Source of the DNA: a virus
Reading direction: 5' to 3' (one strand)
Virus record (IMG/VR): IMGVR_UViG_3300045988_135688
DNA length: 64,000 nt
In this document: piece by piece, positions 53,598 to 62,370 of the stretch
How the letters are laid out: each line of letters begins with the position of its first letter
Position numbering within the stretch: the first letter of the stretch is position 1
Translations under genes and position numbers: made by a program
Notes under the pieces: model-generated
Told to the model about the DNA's origin: nothing
Seen by the model: only the letters and a program-made list of their open reading frames with translations
Database searches by the model: none

Positions 53598-53805
53598 CAT
53601 ACAGACACAAACACTTTCCATTAACGGAGATGGAGGTGGTGAAGCGTATATTGACTTTTGTGATGGACAATTATGTGTTTCAGTTGTCATAGAAGATAAA
53701 CAGGCGGATTTTCACTTTGAGCCTGTTACTCTAGGAATGTTTGCCCATGCTTACAAGCTGCATTGTGAAGAATGTGAAGAATGTGAAAAGAAGAAAGGAG
53801 AATAG
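53590..53805 (+). CDS. Hypothetical protein (71 aa)
   Basis: ORF track; AGGAGG upstream. Confidence 0.55.
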   Translation: MNSIQTQTLSINGDGGGEAYIDFCDGQLCVSVVIEDKQADFHFEPVTLGMFAHAYKLHCEECEECEKKKGE

Positions 53806-53807
53806 TC

Positions 53808-54179
53808 ATGACCGAAGAATTTGTAACATTAGAAACAGCGAAACTGCTGAAAGAGAAAGGCTTTAATGAGTATTGCAAATATATCATTAACGATAAAGGC
53901 TTGATGATGGAAACCATATTTAGAACTAGTAAGGATTTACCTAAATTATTCTATTCTTGTCCAATACAATCCATCGCCCAGAAGTGGCTTCGTGAAACTA
54001 AGAACATTCATATATGTATATACAACTGTGCTTGTGGCTATGGATACGAAATATCTAAAGCTGACAATGGAACTCATATGGCTAGTTCTGTTTATAAAGG
54101 AACAAATGATGGAGAGGAATGGGATAGCTACGAAGAAGCACTTGAAGCTGGATTACAGGAAGCATTAAAATTGATATAA
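53808..54179 (+). CDS. Hypothetical protein (123 aa)
   Basis: ORF track; AAGGAG upstream. Confidence 0.6.
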   Translation: MTEEFVTLETAKLLKEKGFNEYCKYIINDKGLMMETIFRTSKDLPKLFYSCPIQSIAQKWLRETKNIHICIYNCACGYGYEISKADNGTHMASSVYKGTNDGEEWDSYEEALEAGLQEALKLI

Positions 54180-54181
54180 AT

Positions 54182-54829
54182 ATGAAAAAGATATCTTTCA
54201 ATGATAAATTTGGATTAACACAAGCGGTGTTGGACGGTCGTAAGACTATGACGAGAAGAATAATCAAATGTCCTAGAACTTTTAAAGGAGAATGGGTTGC
54301 TGGATTCAATATACACAGATGCCATTCTGATAAAAAGATTGTTGGCTATCCTTGTATGTATGATGCTGATGAAAGGGAATTTGATTCGGGAGAAATTATT
54401 CCACGCTACAAGGTTGGTGAAGTTGTTGCCATTGCGCAAAGCTATGAAACCATATTTCATGTGGGGAATTGCCCTAATGATTTCTTTGTAGATTCATCAA
54501 CAATTAACAAAAAGTATTGTGGGGCAGGATTTGAAAATAAGATGTTTGTCCGCGCTGACCTCATGATACATCATATCCGAATTACCGACATCAAGATTGA
54601 ACGTTTACAGGACATTAGCGATGAAGATTGCTTGAAAGAAGGGATATATGAAGATTCGGGTGATGATGAGTTTCCACCATCTATATTTTATGAATTTGAG
54701 GGAAACAAAGACGATGGATTTGATACACCCCGTGAAGCCTTTTCAGCCCTCATAGATAAAGTATCAGGCAAGGGCACATGGGAATCCAATCCTTATGTTT
54801 TCGTTTATGAATTTAAACTGATTGATTAA
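54182..54829 (+). CDS. ASCH-like (PUA-fold) domain protein
   Basis: AVLDGRKTMTRRI resembles the ASCH GRKT-T-R motif. Confidence 0.5.
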   Translation: MKKISFNDKFGLTQAVLDGRKTMTRRIIKCPRTFKGEWVAGFNIHRCHSDKKIVGYPCMYDADEREFDSGEIIPRYKVGEVVAIAQSYETIFHVGNCPNDFFVDSSTINKKYCGAGFENKMFVRADLMIHHIRITDIKIERLQDISDEDCLKEGIYEDSGDDEFPPSIFYEFEGNKDDGFDTPREAFSALIDKVSGKGTWESNPYVFVYEFKLID

Positions 54830-54847
54830 CAGATAGAGAGTAAATTT

Positions 54848-55441
54848 ATGAATAATATTAATTTGAACGAACTACGGGATATAGCTTATAAGACAGCTTG
54901 TGAGCATGGTTTCCACGATAAAGAATTGAGTGATGAACACTTCCTTTGTCTTATCGTTGGAGAGCTTATGGAAGCTGTGGAAGCGGATAGAAAGGGAAGA
55001 TTAGGAAAGAAATGTAAATCACGTTTTGAAATGGACTATAATCGCTATCCTACATTAGTGGAAGAAGAAAAGCGATTTAAGTGTTCCTTTGAAAAAAATG
55101 TAAAAGACACACTTCCAGACGAACTAAGCGATGCGGTTATACGCCTGCTTGACCTTGCAGGATTTCGAGGAATAAGCCTTGAATCTGCTAGTAATGATAT
55201 TAACTCCGAATATATGGATGATATTGCCTGTATGTACAGCAAATTGAGTTTCACGGAAGCGATATATTCCATATTTACCAAACCAATTGTAGATTACCAG
55301 TATCTTTCTACGATTGTAAATGAGATGATATTTTCAATCTTTGCACTAGCCAAACATCTTGGCATAGATTTGCTATGGCATATTGAGCAGAAGATGAGAT
55401 ACAATGAACTAAGACCTATGTTTCACGGAAAAAAATATTGA
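54848..55441 (+). CDS. MazG-like all-alpha NTP pyrophosphohydrolase
   Basis: LIVGELMEAVEADRKG and DELSDAVIRLLDLA match the MazG-type metal-binding helices. Confidence 0.55.
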   Translation: MNNINLNELRDIAYKTACEHGFHDKELSDEHFLCLIVGELMEAVEADRKGRLGKKCKSRFEMDYNRYPTLVEEEKRFKCSFEKNVKDTLPDELSDAVIRLLDLAGFRGISLESASNDINSEYMDDIACMYSKLSFTEAIYSIFTKPIVDYQYLSTIVNEMIFSIFALAKHLGIDLLWHIEQKMRYNELRPMFHGKKY

Positions 55442-55686
55442 TTATGAAAACAATATTATTTACAATTATATGTATTATCGCCCTATTATGGGTTGGAGAT
55501 CTAACAATTACATTTAAGCCGTTTTCCATCTCGTTACCCGGTTGGCATAAGGCTTTAGGTATCATCCTGTTTGTATTTGCAATGGCGGTGTATAACATTG
55601 GAGAATACGCTAAGGGATACAAGCATGGTTTCGATGATGGGGCAAAGGAATGTATTGAAGCGATTAAGGGAAATGGAAAGAAATGA
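55438..55686 (+). CDS. Small membrane protein (82 aa, 2 TM)
   Basis: ORF track; two hydrophobic helices. Confidence 0.55.
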   Translation: MIMKTILFTIICIIALLWVGDLTITFKPFSISLPGWHKALGIILFVFAMAVYNIGEYAKGYKHGFDDGAKECIEAIKGNGKK

Positions 55687-56125
55687 CATTAATTTCCCGT
55701 TACTCCGTATATTTAATGGAGTAACGGGGCGATATGAACTTCTTATTGACGATGTATCCATAGATGCTTATGGACGTGTAAGAGATAGCAGTGGTTGTGT
55801 TGTAGAATGGTTTACAGGCGTGTTTGACATGAACGGAATACCATTGTTTGAAAACGACATAATCATGCCTGTAAAGGACGGAATAAGCCAATACAGACGC
55901 ATATGGAGAACAGTAGGTGGATTTGTATTAAGCAGAAGAAATGATGTGAAAGGACTTTCAAGATTGGATATGCTTGGTGCGGACTATCTGGTAAACGAAC
56001 GTGTGCAGCAATACATATCTGATGGTTGCGTAAAGGTAGGTTCTGCAACAATTGATCTTAACCTGTTGAAAGGGAGAACGAAAGAAGAGATTATTAGGAA
56101 TTTGTCCAGGAGAGTAAATTTATGA
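55673..56125 (+). CDS. Hypothetical protein (150 aa), possibly YopX-like
   Basis: ORF track 55571; the ATG at 55673 is preferred. FDMNGIPLFENDII is reminiscent of YopX. Confidence 0.4.
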   Translation: MERNDINFPLLRIFNGVTGRYELLIDDVSIDAYGRVRDSSGCVVEWFTGVFDMNGIPLFENDIIMPVKDGISQYRRIWRTVGGFVLSRRNDVKGLSRLDMLGADYLVNERVQQYISDGCVKVGSATIDLNLLKGRTKEEIIRNLSRRVNL

Positions 56126-56643
56126 AAGACAAAATGCTAGAGGAAAGTTTGAACAATTTATACAGGACGTTTCTTATTTGGGTGATAAGATGTTATCCTA
56201 TATTGTTCTGTCTTGCAATACTTGTCCATCAGTGTGAGGTTATACACTCTGTTGGCACAGGTGATATTATTGAGTATTATGATGGTGACACATTGGAGTA
56301 CATTCAGTATGCCACTCCGTTTTCGGACAAGTACCTTACCATATTCTTTAACGCCAAACTGTTTAATGCAATATTGTTCTATGTATTGTCAAAGGTGTTT
56401 TTATTTTGTATATACCATAGAGTATTTGTCATTGAAATGTTTATATACGCAATACTGGATATTGTATTTAATAATGTGGTGTTTGAGGATGTGAGATGCA
56501 CTATGTTTTATTCGTATATATCAATAGGATTTGTAACTGTATGTTTCTTTATTGCATTGTATCTACATCAACGATTCGGAGATAGGAATATAAATAATCA
56601 TCAATCTATAACCGATGGTTTTAGAAACTGTTGTAGATTATAA
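56122..56643 (+). CDS. Multi-pass membrane protein (173 aa)
   Basis: ORF track; 4-5 hydrophobic helices; AGGAGAG upstream. Confidence 0.6.
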   Translation: MKDKMLEESLNNLYRTFLIWVIRCYPILFCLAILVHQCEVIHSVGTGDIIEYYDGDTLEYIQYATPFSDKYLTIFFNAKLFNAILFYVLSKVFLFCIYHRVFVIEMFIYAILDIVFNNVVFEDVRCTMFYSYISIGFVTVCFFIALYLHQRFGDRNINNHQSITDGFRNCCRL

Positions 56644-56772
56644 TTTCTGTTTTCCTGTGGGCTGTAATCCTCCCGTATTCTTCATGTTTATCTTGACCTT
56701 TACGGGAGATGCCTTTTTATTTGATGTTATTTTAGGGGATTTAACATTCACCCTAATCACTTTCTTTGCCAT
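56638..56772 (-). CDS. Small basic protein (44 aa), lone minus-strand gene in plus-strand block
   Basis: Hand-called: MAKKVIRVNVKSPKITSNKKASPVKVKINMKNTGGLQPTGKQKL. Minus-strand -7 box TATTTTTG at 56796-56803. Confidence 0.35.
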   Translation of the reverse strand: MAKKVIRVNVKSPKITSNKKASPVKVKINMKNTGGLQPTGKQKL

Positions 56773-56836
56773 ATATTACTCATTTTAATTGTTTTGCAAA
56801 AATAATGATTTTTTTTGGTATTATAAAAACTTTATG

Positions 56837-56984
56837 TATCTTTGCGGTGCGATAGTTTTTGGACTTTTTTGTTTTATAATGATAGCTGCTACCTAAAATA
56901 TAAGCAGAGGTTTCTTCATACATTTTTCATAAGTCTAATGTATAACTGTCGCAAGTTGAAGAGATCTCTGCTTCTTTTTTTTTA
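56837..56984 (+). promoter_or_regulatory. Promoter box, structured leader and terminator-like hairpin upstream of KilA-N gene
   Basis: TATCTTTG at 56837-56844. Hairpin GAAGAGA..TCTGCTTC plus a T10 run at 56958-56984. Three mutually complementary 9-mers. Confidence 0.45.
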
Positions 56985-56987
56985 TTT

Positions 56988-57737
56988 ATGCGACAGTTTA
57001 ATGAAGAAAACTTAAATGACACAGGTGTTGTTTTAAGTACGGCAAATCCCTCCGAAATGGGTAAGATATTTTCTTATAATGGAATAAATGTTAGGATGCG
57101 TAAGATGAATGGATATATCCTTGTATGTCTTACAGATTTTGCTAGGTTATTTCCTGATAAAAATCTATCCACTATTATAAATTCTAAGGAAATGACTGAT
57201 TATGTAAATCGTTTGAGCGAAATAAAAAATTTTATTTCGACTGATTTACTGCAAATTATAAAGGGAGGAAATGTATCACAGCAAGGAACATGGGCACATC
57301 AAAAAATAGCTCTTAGGGTTGCTCAAAAATTATCCACTGATTTTGCTATTTGGGTAGATGACAAGATCGAAGAGTTTCTTACCACGGGAAATACTTCTAT
57401 ATCATCAAGACTTCCAAACTTCAACAATCCTGCCGAAGCTGCTAGGGCTTGGGCTGATGAGTATGAAAGGAATCAAGCATTAACCTTAGAAAACAAGGAA
57501 GCAAAGCTACAACTAGAACTAAAGACGGAACAACTAGATGAATCCAAGGAATGGTATAGTATCAAAAGATGGTCAAAGGAAAACGGTGTAAACTGGAGAA
57601 AGGTTAGCTGGAGAAAGATGAAAGTAATATCTTACGAGCTAGGTTACGAAGTGAAAAAGATTTTTGATGCTAACTATGGACAGGTTAATATATACAATGT
57701 GAATGTATTTAAGGCATACTTTAACAAATGTGAATAA
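56988..57737 (+). CDS. KilA-N domain protein with C-terminal coiled-coil extension
   Basis: GTWAHQKIALRVAQKLSTDFAIWVDDKIEEFL is the KilA-N core. Confidence 0.75.
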   Translation: MRQFNEENLNDTGVVLSTANPSEMGKIFSYNGINVRMRKMNGYILVCLTDFARLFPDKNLSTIINSKEMTDYVNRLSEIKNFISTDLLQIIKGGNVSQQGTWAHQKIALRVAQKLSTDFAIWVDDKIEEFLTTGNTSISSRLPNFNNPAEAARAWADEYERNQALTLENKEAKLQLELKTEQLDESKEWYSIKRWSKENGVNWRKVSWRKMKVISYELGYEVKKIFDANYGQVNIYNVNVFKAYFNKCE

Positions 57738-57883
57738 ATAATATGTATTTTAAAATGTTTGATAGTATGTCATTTTATTGACTATATTTGCATCATGTTT
57801 GAGTGTAGAAGCAAGCATATCTATAATGAAAGTTTAGGGGGAAAGCGTTCCCCCGATTTTATTAACCATTAAAACAAAAGACC

Positions 57884-58087
57884 ATGATTCTACTAGAAAT
57901 TTTTCAAAACTGCTTTATTGTGGGGTATGACGGAAATAAAATACCCTTCGTAAAAGATGATTTCCTGTTTAGTGATATCGGGCAAAGATACATTTTGACC
58001 AACAAGGAAAACAGTGAACAGGTTAGTCTACCGAAGGAATCGACAATAATAATTAAACATAATATTTGCCATGAAGGTATTGATTAG
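57884..58087 (+). CDS. Hypothetical protein (67 aa)
   Basis: ORF track. Confidence 0.5.
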   Translation: MILLEIFQNCFIVGYDGNKIPFVKDDFLFSDIGQRYILTNKENSEQVSLPKESTIIIKHNICHEGID

Positions 58088-58571
58088 AAAGGATTCAAGC
58101 GACATAAGAAACAGACTTGAACGATTAGGGTACACCGCTTCCGAGAAATCGTTGGATGGATTTGGTGATGGCATCTTTGTAGACAAGTCAGATAATACTT
58201 TTCACGTAAAATCAGAGTGGGAAGTTATCCGTATGTTTCTTGAAACAGTAGATTGCGGAGATGATGAGAATATGTTTTTTGATTTTGTAGAAAACGACAT
58301 AACGTCAATAATGCCAATGATGCTAGGTAAGTATAAATCTTTAATAAAAATTTGTGACTTTCCCATCATTAATACATCTAGCATTAAAGATGTGTTATAC
58401 CGTGAAGATAGAGAACATAACATCATAGAAGTTATTGTTGTTTCAGTGTATGGGGTAAAGTTGAAAAACATAAAGGATGTAGACTTTTCAGACCCTAATG
58501 CGGATACAATAATAGAGTATATGAAATCGTTGCATAAACAACTAAAAGAATATATAAAGCATGAAATGTAA
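58071..58571 (+). CDS. Hypothetical protein (166 aa)
   Basis: ORF track. The N-terminus (IRKDSSDIRNRLERLGY) resembles that of 52752-53138 (IRKNTDNIRNRLKELGY). Confidence 0.6.
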   Translation: MKVLIRKDSSDIRNRLERLGYTASEKSLDGFGDGIFVDKSDNTFHVKSEWEVIRMFLETVDCGDDENMFFDFVENDITSIMPMMLGKYKSLIKICDFPIINTSSIKDVLYREDREHNIIEVIVVSVYGVKLKNIKDVDFSDPNADTIIEYMKSLHKQLKEYIKHEM

Positions 58572-58842
58572 TTTTACCCCCATGGACAAATTCTACCAGA
58601 TACTGGATTACTACGGTTTGTCTTACACGGAGATTAAGAAAAATCATATCCGTGTGTTTTATGAAAACAAGAAAATGTTTGATTATTATCCGCTTCGTAT
58701 GAAGCTGTTTGATTACCATGAATGGCATCAGCTTACTTATCCGTTCGTGAAGGGCAAGGAAGATGAATGGGAAATAGAACTTACCATGTTCATTAGCGGA
58801 GTGTTGGGAGATGAGATGTTTAAAAAGTTTAAAAACGATTGA
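58561..58842 (+). CDS. Hypothetical protein (93 aa)
   Basis: ORF track. Confidence 0.55.
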   Translation: MKCNFTPMDKFYQILDYYGLSYTEIKKNHIRVFYENKKMFDYYPLRMKLFDYHEWHQLTYPFVKGKEDEWEIELTMFISGVLGDEMFKKFKND

Positions 58843-58866
58843 TAAACTAAACAATTTCGGATTGCT

Positions 58867-59085
58867 ATGATAATAAAAGTAGACATACCTGAACCGTTCA
58901 TAGACGGTGACAATACGATGGTAAACATCACGTCTGATTCATTCTGTTATTCTAGCATTGATTCACGTTATGAAGGATTTCAGAGTTCCTACAAGGACGG
59001 GAATATGAATCAGAAGATACAAGGAAAACTAGAAATAATTGCGGACCAGTTTAAAGAACTTATAAAGATAATTAAAGATAATTGA
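58867..59085 (+). CDS. Hypothetical protein (72 aa)
   Basis: ORF track. Confidence 0.55.
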   Translation: MIIKVDIPEPFIDGDNTMVNITSDSFCYSSIDSRYEGFQSSYKDGNMNQKIQGKLEIIADQFKELIKIIKDN

Positions 59086-59087
59086 AG

Positions 59088-59585
59088 ATGGAAAGACATT
59101 TGTTAATACAGGAGTGTGAGAGAGAGGAAAAGATGAAAGAGTTACGCAAGCAGCAGAACGATCTTATCAAGAAAGGCCGTATGGTTGAGTGCTCTCGTGT
59201 AACAGCTAAGATAAAGGAGTTCCAGGAAGCATATATCAAGGCTTATCCTGACGGTAAATATGTAAGGGGCATGGATATTATCAAGAAGATGTCTGATGAT
59301 GAGAAAATGGATTGGATGATGTATGTCAACGCCATTGCTTTCTGTGCTGATATTATCCACTCATCTTCCATTGAGTTGAATGAAATGCTAAAGAAAACAC
59401 TCCCCGGATCTAGCCTTCAAATGTTTGAAACGCTTGAAAAGGTAGGTACTATGGCAAAGAATCAAATACTATGGATGGATAACAATGTTGACGAGAAATA
59501 CCAGGATGATTTTGCAAGATATGCCGATGAAATATCCGTGATGCTTTTATCATTTGTTAAAAATAAATTTTTGCCCAGGAAATGA
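59088..59585 (+). CDS. Hypothetical protein (165 aa)
   Basis: The ORF track start at 59082 is TTG; first ATG is at 59088. Confidence 0.6.
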   Translation: MERHLLIQECEREEKMKELRKQQNDLIKKGRMVECSRVTAKIKEFQEAYIKAYPDGKYVRGMDIIKKMSDDEKMDWMMYVNAIAFCADIIHSSSIELNEMLKKTLPGSSLQMFETLEKVGTMAKNQILWMDNNVDEKYQDDFARYADEISVMLLSFVKNKFLPRK

Positions 59586-59782
59586 CACGAGAAGAGATAC
59601 ATAAGAATGTGCTGGAAATAAGAAATTATTATTTCAGTATTCAGAATAAGATTGATAACGGATGTAATGTTTCAGAATTGGATATAAATTCTAAAACGCA
59701 TAACCAGATGATTGACGATACAATAAAATCAGCCCTTGAAGATCATAAAATGATTCTTGCTTTGGAAAAATACAAGTTATGA
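59582..59782 (+). CDS. Hypothetical protein (66 aa)
   Basis: ORF track; ATGA overlap. Confidence 0.55.
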   Translation: MTREEIHKNVLEIRNYYFSIQNKIDNGCNVSELDINSKTHNQMIDDTIKSALEDHKMILALEKYKL

Positions 59783-60231
59783 AAAAGAAAGATATAGACG
59801 AAGGATATATTGTAGGTGACTTTTATATTATTAAAAGCCCTATCAAAGAGGGATGGCTTCACATAGTGAATATAAAAACATCTTGGCAGATAAAGGTGAT
59901 GATGGGAGCGAATACGGCAAAGTTTCTAAGCCTTCCCCAACAGGAGATATTTGACAGGATTAACGGAATATACATTCAATCCATGATGTCTTTATACGAT
60001 TCAGATTATGCCTTGAAAATAGCTAAAGATGCTGTGTCTTATATGTCTGAAAAGGCAGGAAAGATGGAAAAGTTGGAAAAGGTGGGGAATACTGAAAATG
60101 AAGATATTGAAAAGGTGAAGAAAGATGAGTTTATGATGAAGATAGCCACATCTTCCGATGAAGAAATTATGGACATGATCATAAATGGGGAAATAAAGTA
60201 CGAATATTTCAAGCAAGAACAGGAGGATTAA
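59779..60231 (+). CDS. Hypothetical protein (150 aa)
   Basis: ORF track; ATGA overlap. Confidence 0.6.
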   Translation: MKKKDIDEGYIVGDFYIIKSPIKEGWLHIVNIKTSWQIKVMMGANTAKFLSLPQQEIFDRINGIYIQSMMSLYDSDYALKIAKDAVSYMSEKAGKMEKLEKVGNTENEDIEKVKKDEFMMKIATSSDEEIMDMIINGEIKYEYFKQEQED

Positions 60232-60234
60232 ATC

Positions 60235-60333
60235 ATGCAAGACTATATTTCAGACTGGTTCATCCCGATGGATTTTGGTAATGATATGCCTGACGAAGAG
60301 CCAAGTGGTGAGGATAATTTCAATTTTGATTAA
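60235..60333 (+). CDS. Small acidic peptide (32 aa)
   Basis: Hand-called: MQDYISDWFIPMDFGNDMPDEEPSGEDNFNFD. Confidence 0.3.
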   Translation: MQDYISDWFIPMDFGNDMPDEEPSGEDNFNFD

Positions 60334-60357
60334 ATTAATTTGTTAATAATAATAGAC

Positions 60358-60906
60358 ATGAAAACATTTTTTGAGTGTAAAATTCGCTACGAAAAAGTAG
60401 CAGAAAATGGGATGAGTAAGAAAGTAAGTGAGCAATACCTGGTTGATGCGCTTAGCTTTACTGAGGCGGAAGCACGTATTATATCGGAAATGACACCGTT
60501 TATCAGTGGCGAGTTCACTGTTTCGGACATTAAACGCTCCAACTACAGCGAACTGTTTCCCTCTGAGGAAGATGCAGCCGATCGCTGGTTTAAATGCAAG
60601 CTGTATTACATCACGCTGGACGAAAAGAGCGGAGCGGAAAAAAAGACATCATGCTATATGCTTGTTCAGGCAGCCGATTTGAGAGATGCTGTAAAGAAAC
60701 TGGACGAAGGAATGAAAGGTACAATGGCAGACTATGTGATTTCATCCATAGCCGAAACCGCCATTATGGATGTATATCCGTATGAAGTGGAAAATGATTC
60801 CTGTTTATCGGAATACCCAAGTGGACACAAGACGGAAGCTGTCATAGGCGGAAAGAGCGTCATTGTAGACAAAACGGGAAATTCAACTGTAGTTTTACCT
60901 AGCTAA
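60358..60906 (+). CDS. DUF4494-like protein
   Basis: MKTFFECKIRYEKVAENGMSKKVSEQYLVDALSFTEAEARI matches my recollection of the Bacteroidota/phage DUF4494 N-terminus. Confidence 0.55.
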   Translation: MKTFFECKIRYEKVAENGMSKKVSEQYLVDALSFTEAEARIISEMTPFISGEFTVSDIKRSNYSELFPSEEDAADRWFKCKLYYITLDEKSGAEKKTSCYMLVQAADLRDAVKKLDEGMKGTMADYVISSIAETAIMDVYPYEVENDSCLSEYPSGHKTEAVIGGKSVIVDKTGNSTVVLPS

Positions 60907-60917
60907 ATTTAATATGG

Positions 60918-61137
60918 TATTTATAGTCAATTAAACACCATTTAACAAAATTAGTTATGTTGTAATTTGATTTATAGTTATATTTGCAATATGAAACGAG
61001 CATATAAATATAGACTTAATCCTATGCCTAAGCAGATTGTTTTCTTCAACAAATCTTTCGGGTGTTGTAGGTTTGTATATAACTATGGCATTAGAACGAA
61101 TTTACACTATTATATAGAAGTACATAATACTGGCTAA
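60918..61137 (+). pseudogene. Left end plus first 32 codons of a tnpB-1-type element, truncated (48-codon remnant ORF)
   Basis: 60918-61086 aligns with 22621-22800 (shared tatttatag, -7 box, ATG; 4 mismatches in 96 coding nt). Homology stops at tataactat. The remnant reads MKRAYKYRLNPMPKQIVFFNKSFGCCRFVYNY, then unrelated sequence and a stop. Confidence 0.8.
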
Positions 61138-61138
61138 T

Positions 61139-62353
61139 ATGCAATTAGTTTATAAATTTGACATCAACCATTCCGACAGGCTTTGCGCTATCTGCCGTGT
61201 TACGAACAACCTGTACAACCAGGCGTTGTATATTGTCCGTAACGAGTTGAAGGATAACGACAGGTGGCTGTTCTATCCCGACTTGGACAGGATAATGAAA
61301 AATGTCACCAACCTTGAAGGTACGATAAATTACAGGCTTGTGAAATCACACGTAGCCCAACAGACATTGCGCGTGCTTGACAAGGCAATGAAGGGATATG
61401 TCAAGGCTGTAAAGGATTGGTCTAAGAATCCGGGGAAGTATAACGGTAAGCCCGAACTGCCATGCTATCACAAACGTGGAGGGATGAGCAATGCGATATA
61501 TACCAACCAGTCGTGCAAGATACATGACGGGTATATAATCCTTGACCGTGACTTGAAAATACCCGTTCCTCAATGGGAGAAATACAAGGACAGAATCGAA
61601 CGGTTCAAACAGGTTAGGATAATTCCAAAGCGTACATACATGACCGTGGAGGTTGTATATGATTGTGACTGTTCGGATAATGTCGGTACTGGTATGGCTT
61701 CGATAGACTTGGGTGTGAACAACCTTGCCACGCTGGTGTGCGGATGTAATGCGCTATTGTTTTCCGGCAAGGTTATCAAGTCATATAACAGATGGTTTAA
61801 CAAAAAATTATCCATGCTGCAATCCATAAAGGACAGGCAGGGTATAGAGAAACTGACAAACAGAATGAGAAAGATGTATGATAAACGTGAACGGTTTATG
61901 AATGATGCGATGCACAAGACAAGCAGGCGTATCGTTGATTATCTTGTATCACACCATATAGGCACTCTTGCTGTAGGCTACAACAAAGGATGGAAGCAAT
62001 CCGTCAATATGGGCGGAGTAAACAATCAGAAGTTTACATTCATCCCTTTTGCGAGGTTGAGAAGCTGCCTTAGATACAAGTGCGAGCTTGCAGGTATCAG
62101 CTATATCGAACATGAGGAAAGCTACACGAGCAAATGTGACGCTCTGTCTATGGAGGATATATGCAAGCATGAGAGTTATCTCGGCAAGCGTGTCAAGCGA
62201 GGACTGTTCAAGTCGGCAGTTGGAAAGGTTATCAATGCTGATGTCAACGGTGCGCTTAATATCGGTAGAAAAGTATTCGGTGATTCATTTATGATAACTG
62301 ATAGTGGGCGTTGGTATCGCCCCGAACGAATTAACGTTTTAAAATGTGTGTAA
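61139..62353 (+). CDS. tnpB: Divergent TnpB-family RNA-guided endonuclease (degenerate zinc finger)
   Basis: RuvC-like motifs ASIDLGVNNLATL, IEHEESYTSKCD, NADVNGALNIGRK. 404 aa, no tnpA. Confidence 0.8.
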   Translation: MQLVYKFDINHSDRLCAICRVTNNLYNQALYIVRNELKDNDRWLFYPDLDRIMKNVTNLEGTINYRLVKSHVAQQTLRVLDKAMKGYVKAVKDWSKNPGKYNGKPELPCYHKRGGMSNAIYTNQSCKIHDGYIILDRDLKIPVPQWEKYKDRIERFKQVRIIPKRTYMTVEVVYDCDCSDNVGTGMASIDLGVNNLATLVCGCNALLFSGKVIKSYNRWFNKKLSMLQSIKDRQGIEKLTNRMRKMYDKRERFMNDAMHKTSRRIVDYLVSHHIGTLAVGYNKGWKQSVNMGGVNNQKFTFIPFARLRSCLRYKCELAGISYIEHEESYTSKCDALSMEDICKHESYLGKRVKRGLFKSAVGKVINADVNGALNIGRKVFGDSFMITDSGRWYRPERINVLKCV

Positions 62354-62370
62354 AAATTAACATTAATGCC

